Source: Ruditapes philippinarum
Taxonomy: Eukaryota
DNA: 59,069 bases
Reading direction: 5' to 3'
Assembly: GCF_026571515.1 (NCBI RefSeq)
Contig: NW_026856668.1
Location: 496,001-555,069 of the forward strand
Below the pieces are notes generated by a model. That model had not been told where the DNA came from. It was given only the letters and a program-made list of their open reading frames with translations, and ran no database searches. Both the position numbers and the translations under genes were made by a program. Below are positions 1 through 11,170 of this stretch, in pieces. The first letter of the stretch is position 1; every line of letters begins with the position of its first letter.

Positions 1-93
1 TTTTGTATTATCATTGAGCATAATTTATTATTGAATTTCTAATAGTCATAACTTTTTTTATAATAAATTGCTAATTTGCATAGCTCATTCCTA

Positions 94-1530
94 TTTTTAG
101 CTCACCTGTCACAAAGTGACAGGGTGAGCTTTTGTGATCGCTTTTCGTCCGGCGTCCGTCCGTCCGTCGTCCGTCGTCCGTCCGTCAACTTTTACTTTAA
201 ATGACATCTCCTCATAAACCACTAAGCCAATTTCATCCAAACTTCACAGGAATGTTCCTTTGGTGGTCACCTTTAAAAATTGTTCAAAGAATTTAATTCC
301 ATGCAGAACTCTGGTTGCCATGGCAACCGAAAGAAAAAACTTTAAATATCTTCTTTTAAAAAACCATAAGAGCTAGAGCTTAGATATTTGGCATGAAACA
401 TCTTCTAGTGAGTGTCTACCAAGTTTGTTCAAATAAAAGCCCTGGGGTCAAAATTGGCCCCGCCCCAGGGGGTCATTGATTTTCCCTATATGCATATAGT
501 AAAAACTAAAAAAATCTTCTTTTAAAGAACCCAAAGAGCTAGAGCTAAGATATTTAGCATGAAACATGTTCTAATGGGTGTCTACCAAGTTTGTTCAAAT
601 AAAAGCCCTGGGGTAAAAATTGGCCCCGCCCCGGGGGGTCATTGATTTTCCCTATATGCATATAGTAAAAACTTAAAAAATCTTCTTTTAAAGAACTCAA
701 AGAGCTATTGCTAAGATATTGAGCATCAAACATGTTCTAATAGGTGTCTACCAAGTTTGTTCAAATAAAAGCCCTGGGGTCAAAATTGGCCCCGCCCCAG
801 GGGTCATTGATTTTCCCTATATGCATATAGTAAAAACTTAAAAAATCTTCTTTTAAAGAACCCAAAGAGTTAGAGCAAAGATATTTAGCATGAAACATGT
901 TCTAATAAGTGTCTACCAAGTTTGTTCAAATAAAAGCCCTGGGGTCAAAATTGGCCCCACCCCAGGGGGTCATTGATTTTCCCTATATGCATATAGTAAA
1001 AACTTAAAAAGTCTTCTTTTAAAAAACCCAAAGAGCTAGAGCTAAGATATTTAGCATGAAACATGTTCTAATGGGTGTCTACCAAGTTTGTTCAAATAAA
1101 AGCCCTGAGTCAAAATTGGCCCCGCCCCGGGGGGTCATTGATTTTCCCTATATGCATATAGTAAAAACTTAAAAAGTCTTCTTTTAAAGTACCCAAAGAG
1201 CTAGAGCTAAGATATTTAGCATGAAACATGTTCTAATGGGTGTCTACCAAGTTTTGTTCAAATAAAAGCCCTGGGGTCAAAATTGGCCCCGCCCCAGGGG
1301 TGTTATTGTTTTTAACTATATGTGTATAGTAAAAACTTAAAAAAAATCTTCTTTTAAAAAGCCCAATGAGCTAGAGCTTAGATGTTTAGCATGAAACATC
1401 TTCTTATGGGTGTCTACCAAGTTTGTGCAAATAAAAGCCCTTGGGTTAAAATTGGCCCTGCAACGTTGTGGGGGGGGGTGGGGGCCTATATACAGGTGAG
1501 CGACCTCAGGGCCATCATGGCCCTCTTGTT
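94..1530 (+). mobile_element. Non-autonomous Helentron-associated element (HINE / DTC84-Pearl-like) with about 7 internal ~166-bp tandem repeats
   Basis: 5' TTTTTAGCTCACCTG with hairpin GCTCACCTGTCAC-AAA-GTGACAGGGTGAGC (100-129), followed by a (GTCC/GTC)n microsatellite. The motif GTGTCTACCAAGTTT recurs at 412, 578, 744, 909, 1075, 1240 and 1410. The 3' sub-terminal inverted copy CAGGTGAGC is at 1493-1501, then hairpin AGGGCC-ATCAT-GGCCCT and a CTTGTT end. Confidence 0.85.
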
Positions 1531-1726
1531 ACTTTGTAACAGCGCTATAAATTTTTACAGACTTGGATTTATAAAATAGTATTTTTTTATATAAATGCTA
1601 CGATTACTTGAATTACATGAAGTCAGGACATATGAGAATAAAATGAAATTCATCGTCCAGGTCTCTTACAGAACAGCATTGACAATAACGTTTATTTCTT
1701 TGTATTCTACTTCTAGCACATCTTCC

Positions 1727-4190
1727 TATGGAAAGCCATGGCTGTCTGATATTGTTCTTTTTCAATTTATGTAACCATTTGGATAACATATGAGTTCACT
1801 TCGACTATATATGAATTGAAAACACCTTCTTATTTAACCGGAATCCATTGTATTAATCCACAGTTACAATATATGAAGCCATACCGTCAGTGTATGAAAC
1901 CGAGTTAGCAATATATTAGTTGATTTTCTCAATATATGATTCCAATTCTTCAATATATGGTACCAAAGTAGCCATGTATGGAACCAGATGTCCTTATATG
2001 AAACCGAATTATCAATATATTAATTCATTTTTCAATATATGAAACCAATGTATCAATTTATGAAACCAAAGTAGAAATATATAAGTTGGTTAATACATTA
2101 TATGATACCAATTCTTCAATATATGGTACCAAAGTAGCCATATATGGAACCAGATGTCCTGATATGAAACCGAATTATCAATATATTAATTCAATTTTAT
2201 AATATATGAAACCAATTTATCAATGTATGGAACCAAAGTAGCAATATATGAGTTGGTTATTACATTATATGATACCAATTCTTCAATATGTGGTACCAAA
2301 AAAGCCATATATGGAACCAGATGTCCTTACATGAAACCGAATTATCAATATATTAATTCATTTTTACAATATATGAAACCATTTTATTAATGTATGGAAC
2401 CAAAGTAGCAGTATATAAGTTGATGTTACATTCTATGATAGCAATTTACATTATATGGAACCAAAATAGCCTATTTTCAAGTCAACAATTTAAAGGCCGA
2501 GGTCACTGGGTTCTGTTATTACAATGCATACACTTTTTCATGAAATCAATTATTATTTGACTGATTATTTTTAAACTTTGTGAGTAGATTAACCTTAATG
2601 TGTCCTACTGGCCATGCCCATTTTTTATCAAAGGTAAAGGTCGAGATGAACTTATTTTTTAAATATGTTTTTGTTAATATTATAGTCAGTACCACTCAAT
2701 AGCTTAAAGTATGACATACAACTCGTACATATATAACGATAAGTTTTGCCTGCCCAGATATGCCCAGCCCATTTTAAGTGAATGTGACGTTAAATTCAAA
2801 TATCCTTATTCAGAAAATGTGCAGTATGCAGTCAGTGAAGCACGCTGTTCTTTAAACAAGGAATATTGGCGCGAAACTGTAATACCGGTGCAAGGATAGA
2901 ATACAGCCTTTAAAAAAAGTCCCGTCAATATAATGACATTTTGGTTCAATATATTGCTACTTTGGTATCATATATTGAAGAACTGGTATCATATAATGTG
3001 AAAATCAACTTATATATTGCTACTTCGGTTACATACATTGATAAACTGGTTTCATATATTGTAAAATTGATTTAATATATTGATAATTCGGTTTCATATA
3101 AGGGCATCTGGTTCCATACATGACTTACTTGGATCCATATATTGAAGATCTGGTATCATATAATGTGATAATCAACTTATATATTGATACTTCGGCTCCA
3201 TACATTGATAAAATGGTTTCATATATTGTAAAAATGAATTAATATATTGATAATTCGGTTTCATATAAGGACATCTGGTTCCATACATTGCTACTTTGGT
3301 ACCATATATTGAAGACCTGGTATCATATAATGTGATAATCAACTTATATATTGATACTTTGGTTCAATACATGGATGAAATGGTTTCATATATTGTAAAA
3401 ATGAATTAATATATTGATAATTTGGTTTCATATAAGGACACCTGGTTCCATACATTGTTACTTTGGTTCCATATATTGAATAATTGGTATCATATATTGT
3501 AATAACCAACTCATATATTGCTACTTTGGTTCCATACATTGATAAAATGGTTTCATATATTGTAAAAATGAATTAATATATTGATAATTTGGTTTCATAT
3601 AAGGACACCTGGTTCCATACATTGTTACTTTGGTTCCATATATTGAATAATTGGTATCATATATTGTAATAACCAACTCATATATTGCTACTTTGGTTCC
3701 ATACATTGATAAAATGGTTTCATATATTGTAAAAATGAATTAATATATTGATAATTTGGTTTCATATAAGGACACCTGGTTCCATACATTGCTACTTTGG
3801 TTCCATATATTGAATAATTGGTATAACCAACTCATATATTGCTACTTTGGTTCCATACATTGATAAAATGGTTTCATATATTGTAAAAATGAATTAATAT
3901 ATTGATAATTCGGTTTCATATAAGGACATCTGGTTCCATACATGGCTACTTTGGTAACATATATTGAAGAATTGGAATCATATATTGAGAAAATCAACTT
4001 ATATATTGCTTACTCGGTTTCATACACTGACGGTATGGCTTCATATATTGTAACTGTGGATTAATATTATGGATTCCGGTTAAATAAGATGGTGTTTTCA
4101 ATTCATATATAGTCGAAGTGAACTCATATATTATCCAAATGGTTACATAAATTGAAAAAGAACAATATCAGACAGCCATGGCTTTCCATA
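1727..4190. mobile_element. Foldback-type non-autonomous DNA transposon with long modular inverted arms and a 6-bp TSD (TCTTCC)
   Basis: Starts TATGGAAAGCCATGGCTGTCTGATATTG and ends with the reverse complement CAATATCAGACAGCCATGGCTTTCCATA. TCTTCC flanks it at 1721-1726 and 4191-4196. The arms continue inward as inverted arrays of ~167-bp units built from ~21-bp subunits. No credible ORF. Confidence 0.9.
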
Positions 4191-5009
4191 TCTTCCAGTT
4201 TGTATTCTTAGGTTATATGCAGAAGTTCTTAATCTAGTAATAAATCGTCTCAAGTGAGTAGGCATCAAATCAAGATATTCTGCGTAATAAAAGTTTAGCT
4301 GACACACAATATATAAATCTAGTACAGAGCTTGATTCTTTCTATACATGCCATCCTTGTATAAAACAATCAATAATTCGTTGTCTTAATACCGGAATAAA
4401 GTTGTTTTTTTTTAAATCAATAATATATGGGTTATTCCAAACATCTGTAAAACCATAGTCACGCAAAAGCTTGTTAACATATGTTACCCAGTTACATAAT
4501 CCTTTATAACAATCAGTTAACTGAGCGTAAAATAAAATTGTCTGTATACAGCAACTTAAAAACCAATACTTAATAATGCGTATATAACGGGAGATGAACA
4601 AAGGATACCTTCCTAACTCTCCATATACTAAGAGTAACAAAGTTCTAATTAGGCTTTTAATTTTTTTCTTATTAGAAATAACACAGTTAATTGTTTCATA
4701 GAGCAATCTATATAGTTTATAAACTTTTTTTTGAAAACTCCTTAATATGACTAGGAAACTCAAAAATCGTTGGGTTTTACCTAATAAGGTTTTCAAACTC
4801 TCAAGTTTTAAGTCGAAGTCGGGAGTTACTTCCTTCTTTTATGACATTTAAAACTTGTTTAGAAAGATTTAATACACATGTACATTTTGTAACTTTATTA
4901 TAAGACGGGTTGTAAAATTTCAATGTGATAGTTTAAAGGGAATTAACTATTAAGTGTTTCTGTCATATTTGGTACAAATTGATTTCCCTTTTACCTGTTC
5001 AACTTATTG

Positions 5010-5280
5010 GAATGATGATGGTGTTTCTGATGATAAAGATTACAATAATGATGACGATTATTTTTCTTGTGATGCTGCTGCTGCTGCTGCTGCTGCTGCT
5101 GATGATGCGTTTACTTGGGATTAGAATGCGGAGGAAGTGGACAACGACGAAGGTCATATTGATTATGATAATGTGGTGGTTGTTGATGATAATATAATGA
5201 TGATGATGTTGATGATGATGATAATGATGATATTGTTGTTGTTGTTGTTATTGATTATGTGATGATGATGATGATGATGG
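5010..5280. repeat. Compound trinucleotide microsatellite (GAT/GCT/GTT)n
   Basis: Visible (GCT)n at 5074-5100, (GAT)n at 5260-5279 and (GTT)n runs. Confidence 0.9.
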
Positions 5281-7987
5281 CCTTGGTAGGTTATGTACAT
5301 GATTCATTACAGACGACGTTGGGATTAAATTAACGTTTGAAGAGCAGCCTTGTTGTCTTTAGTATTTGACACTTTTCTTAATGATTTTTTTTTATAAAAG
5401 AGGTGAATTAACAATCTTACTAGTATAATAATATTTCATTTTAAAAGGTAAGTTGGCGGACTGACTAATTATGTGGCTTAATATTGAAATTGAAAAAAAC
5501 AACATTTACATTAAGTTGTATGTGATGTTGAGTCACAAGCGTGAAGCGTGTCGCGTTTTTTTATATTGTGGTTACACTTGACAATTTAGTCAGAGCTGAA
5601 ATTTAAACTTTAAACTTGAATATAAATCAAAAGATAAACATTACGTGGTTAATGGTACATTTTATTTGTATCCAAACTCATGCTTTGATTTTAATAAATG
5701 TAATATAATGTAGCATAGTTTTCTAACCCCAAAATGATCGCCGTGTTATAATATTAAATTAATTTATCCCAAAAATTAAATTAGTTTTAATTCTTAATAC
5801 AAAACACCAAATTCATTTTTCAAAGGACAACGGTAGCTTGATGTTTCAAATGTGATATTTATGACTAGTATTTAATGGTAATTGATCACTTATATTATTC
5901 ATCATATAAAGTACACAATTCAACAGTCAACTATGACTTTAAACACTTCAAAAGTCATACCGACACTGTTGCCATGCTACGTTTTGTGGTATGAAATCTG
6001 AGGTGTCCCTCAATACATACATTTACGCACGAATAGAACCATTGATCAGTTTTAATGTAGCTGGATAGCTTCCTCACATGACAGTATAAAACCCATACCG
6101 GTGAGGGTTTAATGAGTTTCGAAGTCAGGGGCCTTAATTACTGGGCTTCGGATGCGCCACTTGTCAGTGTTAAGGAATGCATACAGAAGATTTGGTTAAA
6201 TGTTAAACAGGCCGAATCAGGAAAACACGTTTCTGGCACGTGTCTGGTGTACATAAAATCTACTACAAGAAACTGAATTTCAAGATAACAAGAATACCAC
6301 TTAAGGGGACACAAGTCTTAGCCTAGTCATAGAAATTCTGGTTACTTTACCTGACGCAGCGTTCATATATGACATCGAATGTTTAAATATAATTTTTTGT
6401 GGAATATAAAATCATAATTATACCAAATTAAAACATCAGTTTAAACTATTGTTATGCCCTTTATATTAATAATGTCTGTATTTTTATATTAAGAGCGACA
6501 ATGGTATAATTGCAAACTAAGACCAGCATGTACATCCGGGCAGTCTGACTAGACCCTATGATCAAGATTAGGACCAAAATATATATTTTCAAACACTCTC
6601 CATCGTTTTTCCAATTGCCTGAATGTTCTCTATAAAAATGGACTTTAAATAAAATAAGTTATGAAATTTTAGAACATTTTCATAATTATTTTAAAAGATA
6701 TGCATATTTAAACGTTGATACAAACATTGATCTTGATCTTAAATTTTATTCCCTTTTTTCTGATCTAGCGATTTTTGTAATTTGAACTGTTATTCCGACT
6801 TATTATCACAAAATAAGTTTGTTTCTTTGCAAACCAGTATTCGTTTATAATTATGTACATAAAACAAGTACAACTGTATATGTATCAAATCATATTAGCC
6901 TAATATGAACAATATAAGCTTCATACTTTAATAAAAATAAAAATACGATCATTTGGTCCTCATTCTGGACCCTTTTTTCTGTTAAGATGGGACCAGACTT
7001 TACAAATGACTACTCTGCTTTAATATTTTGATAGTACATGCTTTATTATTGATTAATGGATCGTTTCACATTTAAAGTTTATTGAGCCTATATTTCACAT
7101 TTCAGCACGGCCGTGAATGACGTGCTAAAAATCTCCAAATAGACTGTTGCACAAATGTTTGAATGCACGTTACAATTACTAAGGCAGTTTGACGGTGAAA
7201 ATGTTTCCTTTTTCTCCTATAAAAAGCTATTGTTTACAGACCGACGCATTTTACATAATAAACAAGAAATTTAGTTTACATTTTATGGGCGCATAATAGG
7301 TTTCAATTAAATATCTTCAAATACTTTCGAAATGCTTTATTGTAACATTACTCCATTTAAAGTGATTTCTTGTAAAAGAATGACTCACCAGCCATAACAA
7401 TTAGATTTAATTTATTTCCTTCTCTTAAGCCATTTTACGACAACAAGTCACAAGTTATGATTATGCTGGCGCCACCTAACGGCATAGCCATGGTCTGAAA
7501 ATAGCATTTTATTTTCATATTGATAGTGTCAAGAATTTTGAGCATTGGTTAGGAAAAATCTTAGGCGAGGTACTTGTTGGTTTTTTTTTCTTTGGAAATT
7601 TGACGGTCGACATAATTTTTTGGATCGACTTGTCTTCAATCGCTGTTTGCACATGTGGAAAAGTTGGAAGTAACTTGCGGTTTGAAACGAAATCTAGGAA
7701 CACCGTAACGCCGAATAAAGTTCCCTCATCAAATATATCTCCCGTAGTGCTTAAAATCCGTCATGAGCTCCTTTGGAGCTATATTTGATCAGTTTAACGA
7801 ATAAAAAGCTTCAGCGAACTAGTTATGTCTTCAATATGAATTGTCATGTAACATCATTTGACAGTTTAAATATTTTACATGAACGTCGGTCACCTAGGAA
7901 ATTTTAGTTGACAACTTCAAACAGTAAAATTGTTAAATGTAGCCGCCTTTTAAATTACTGACCATTAGTTAACATATTATTCATTCA

Positions 7988-8335
7988 AGGAACTCCACTG
8001 AGTTTATTTGACATTACAGGTCTGGAAATTTTTTTTGGGATTAATGTTTATGTAGATGTAGACTAATATCTTAAGTGAAAAATTTCAAGTCATTCGCTCA
8101 CTCCGTCTTTCCAGAATAATTATTCTAAATGTGAAAAATGATCGAAAACTGAAAAGCGTTGCAACGCTTTTCACTCATATTGGGTTAATACAACACAAAA
8201 AATACGATTTTCAATTTATTCTGAGTATATTTCTTACATGTCTTTTGCATATCTTTCTATTTTAAATGCCCTAGTTGATCTATGTAAGAAATTCCACTTT
8301 TATGTGTTTGGCTTTTGGACCTCATCGAAGTTCCT
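7988..8335. mobile_element. TTAA-type (Kolobok-like) MITE, family A copy 1
   Basis: TIR AGGAACTCCACTGAG versus reverse complement AGGAACTTCGATGAG, flanked by TTCA and TTAA. Confidence 0.65.
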
Positions 8336-8724
8336 TTAATCAATCGGGCCCTATTCCCATTCAAAAGCAGATTACTTTGATTAGGAAACATAATGCTTTG
8401 TGCTAACGTTAGATGCCTTGCTGAAAACATTTTAGTTTATATGTCGAACTTCCGGCAAATATTTTCCTATTTTCAGAACATGGCAAAACAGGACATTGAA
8501 AAATCACTTTTGTCTTTTAATATTTTTAATTATCATTTCTAACTCAATGTATAAATATTTCTAAAATCCAAAACTTATATCACTCATTGTTTTTTTGTTT
8601 TCCTAATCCAACCCCGCCTATAATTTGTTGCGATATAAATTAATGTTTATTCATGCTTGACTTAATATAACTATACACCCCATCCGGATATGAAACAGCA
8701 AATAAATTGCAAATTATGTTTTAA

Positions 8725-9032
8725 AGGTACATTCAGCCTCAGAAATGAAAATACTTGCAGATTTAGAACTTGTGAGGTGCTTATCAGAAAGTAGCATTGA
8801 TTGTGAAATTAATTTATGGAAAATGGAGCTAAATGTAGATAAAGTGGTAATTTGACTTCCATACAAAATTCTAAATCACTTTAAGTGTACTAATTGCCAA
8901 AACCTGAAAGAAGCAAAAGATGGTTCAGATATAAGGCTAATGAGTAATTTTGGGGAAAACCTGTAACAGGACACAAAAATAAACAACTGCTGAAAAATAA
9001 AAATAATTCCGCTTTTCAGGCTTATTGGGCCT
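8725..9032. mobile_element. TTAA-type (Kolobok-like) MITE, family B copy 1
   Basis: TTAA|AGGTACATTCAGCCT ... AGGCTTATTGGGCCT|TTAA. The internal motif GACTTCCATACAAAAT is shared with copies at ~30826 and ~39197. Confidence 0.7.
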
Positions 9033-11170
9033 TTAAAAAGAATTTTTTGCAGTCTTAAAGTTGTAATCAGAAATATTCAAACAAATATACCCTCTAGCGG
9101 GAAATATTTCTTATGCATAAGGCAAACATTTTCCAGGGTTTTTTTTTATATTTATGATATAGATCTAGATGCATATGAAACTACGCGTGTTTTATGAAAC
9201 TACGCGCGTTGGAATAAGTTCCCCTTTATGACCGCGCCTTTGTGAAACCCGTGTTTCATAAATGAAAAGACAGGGACATTTTTGGTATCTTTACACTTCC
9301 ATGATATAATACATATTCACAACTTTATACTGCAAGGTCCCTCATACATGAATATCTAATAGAATCGTTGTATCACAAAAAATTGTGGCGCATAATCTTC
9401 CTAATATACATTCATGATTTGCATGTTGAAATTGTGGCATTAAAGTGAATTAAAATATAAGAAAAAATATGCAGGGAATGAATGACATCGACATGTAGGC
9501 AGTATAGCCAAATACAGAAAACACGTTGTGGAGAATTTGAGTTATTTACCTAAGTGATTTACATATTGAATTCTTGAGACAATAGTCGGTAACGGGAATG
9601 AAGCCTAGATAAAATTACTCTGATTAAAAACGTTAAGCATAAGGATCTGACGAGCACCAATAGGGGGGGGGGGGCGTCTTCTTGTGACCTGTCAAACAGC
9701 CAATCATCTGCGATCTTTTACAATTTGAAAGCGATGCGTCACATAATTTCAGCAAACTTTGCCCCACGACAGAGACTGAAATAACAAACTAGTTGAACTT
9801 TGTCTTTTGTAAAAAAATGTTGTTTTTTTTGTAGGCTTCGTAAAAATTTGATAAGCAAGTGACTGAAACATTATCAAATGAAAAAGGTATGAAATTTTCA
9901 TACAATATGCAAATATATTGACATAAATGATTTATTATTTTTCTTCATTTACTGTTTTACATACAATAAAAAGATGTAGGAGACCAATAAGAGAAGTTTT
10001 GTTCAATTGTAACATAACTTTTACCATCCCCCCACCCAAAAAAACAAAAAACAAAAACGGAATAAACGGAAAAAACTAAAGCCATACTCATATACTCATA
10101 TACTCATATGACTTTCATGATGACAGTAATAGTATGCCCATTTAAGGGTATTAATATAGTGAGTGAGCAAGTGAAAGTCAAAATACATGTAAGTTTACAT
10201 TTTGCCATAATTAAAAATAAAAAGCTTACGTGGTCTAAGTAAAATATCAATCAGAACTTACCTTTAACGTTCAATTTATAAAAAGAGTGGTGTAGTTTTT
10301 TTTTTTTTTTTTTTTATATTTTAAGTATTTTTATATTTCATCATTAAACTTCATCATTAAATTAGTAAATATTTTGGTGTGAGATAATATTAGAGAATAC
10401 AAAAGTACGGAAAACATTTACTTATTTATGATATATATGTTTAAATCGTGAAAAAAGTCAATCACAATAAAAATAAATATATATATAGGTATATTTTCAT
10501 GATTTCCTTATTTTACTGGTAGGATATAGATTTGCATGATATGTCAAACGGTAACAAAAACCTACTGAATAAAATGCAAATAATATTCTGTTTGAACTTT
10601 TTGTAAAATAGCAAATAGGCAATTAATAACCCAAACAATTTTATCGGATTTGGTACTTCTTTCAATAGCAAAATAGTGTTGCGTATGTATACATGTGTTT
10701 ACAAACTCCTGGTTGTATAAAAATATATATACATATATAATTAGGATATTGAAATGGATAATATCTAATTCAACTTCGCAGACGACTTTTAAAATGCAGC
10801 GGACCGACTGTTCTATCAAGTAATGACATACTTATGTTACAGGGTTCGTGTTATTTTATTGTCAACCTTCAGTATACGTGGTTTAAAAGTTTTTATAAAC
10901 AATTTCTTCAACAGTTTGAAAAGATGCGGTTGACAGACGACAAATTTCGTGGATGAGAAATTACACGAAAGTAAGATAATGCGATTTCATTACTAATTGT
11001 CATCAGTGTTGTTTGTGTGTGATGAGCAACCGGCATTTGATCAAACATTAAAGCATTAATGAATTATGAATTATGCTAATTAAATGCTGCGTAGTGTTGT
11101 GGATTCGGTTGTTTTAAATCATTTACACAGTGGACAGCATACTTACTGAGTGTCTATTGTTAAAAAAATT

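Larger units (their letters stand above)
30..4640 (-). pseudogene. Decayed LINE (CR1/L2-like) ORF2 3' end, split into three pieces (4191-4640, 1531-1726, ~30-93)
   Basis: Minus-strand translation gives VYGELGRYPL...IIKYW...NWV..V.KLL..YGF.DVW..P...QRIIDCFIQGW, then FITRLRTSAYNLRIQTGR up to 4191. It resumes at 1726 with CARSRIQRNKRYCQCCSVRDLDDEFHFILICP (C-terminal zinc-finger-like motif) and KKYYFINPSL*KFIALLQS, then below 93 with NRNELCKLAIY. Stops and frameshifts are present. Confidence 0.8.

Noticed and set aside
3339-3706. Two near-identical ORFs (MYGTKVAIYEL...)
   Set aside because: By-products of the 167-bp tandem repeat in the foldback arm, with no protein motifs or splice support.
4979-5197. 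Hydrophobic poly-Leu/Met ORF resembling a membrane peptide
   Set aside because: Translation of a trinucleotide microsatellite.
9647-9675. Hammerhead-like core CTGACGAGCACCAATAGG
   Set aside because: The required stem II closure and GAAA are missing, replaced by a G-run. At most a decayed remnant.
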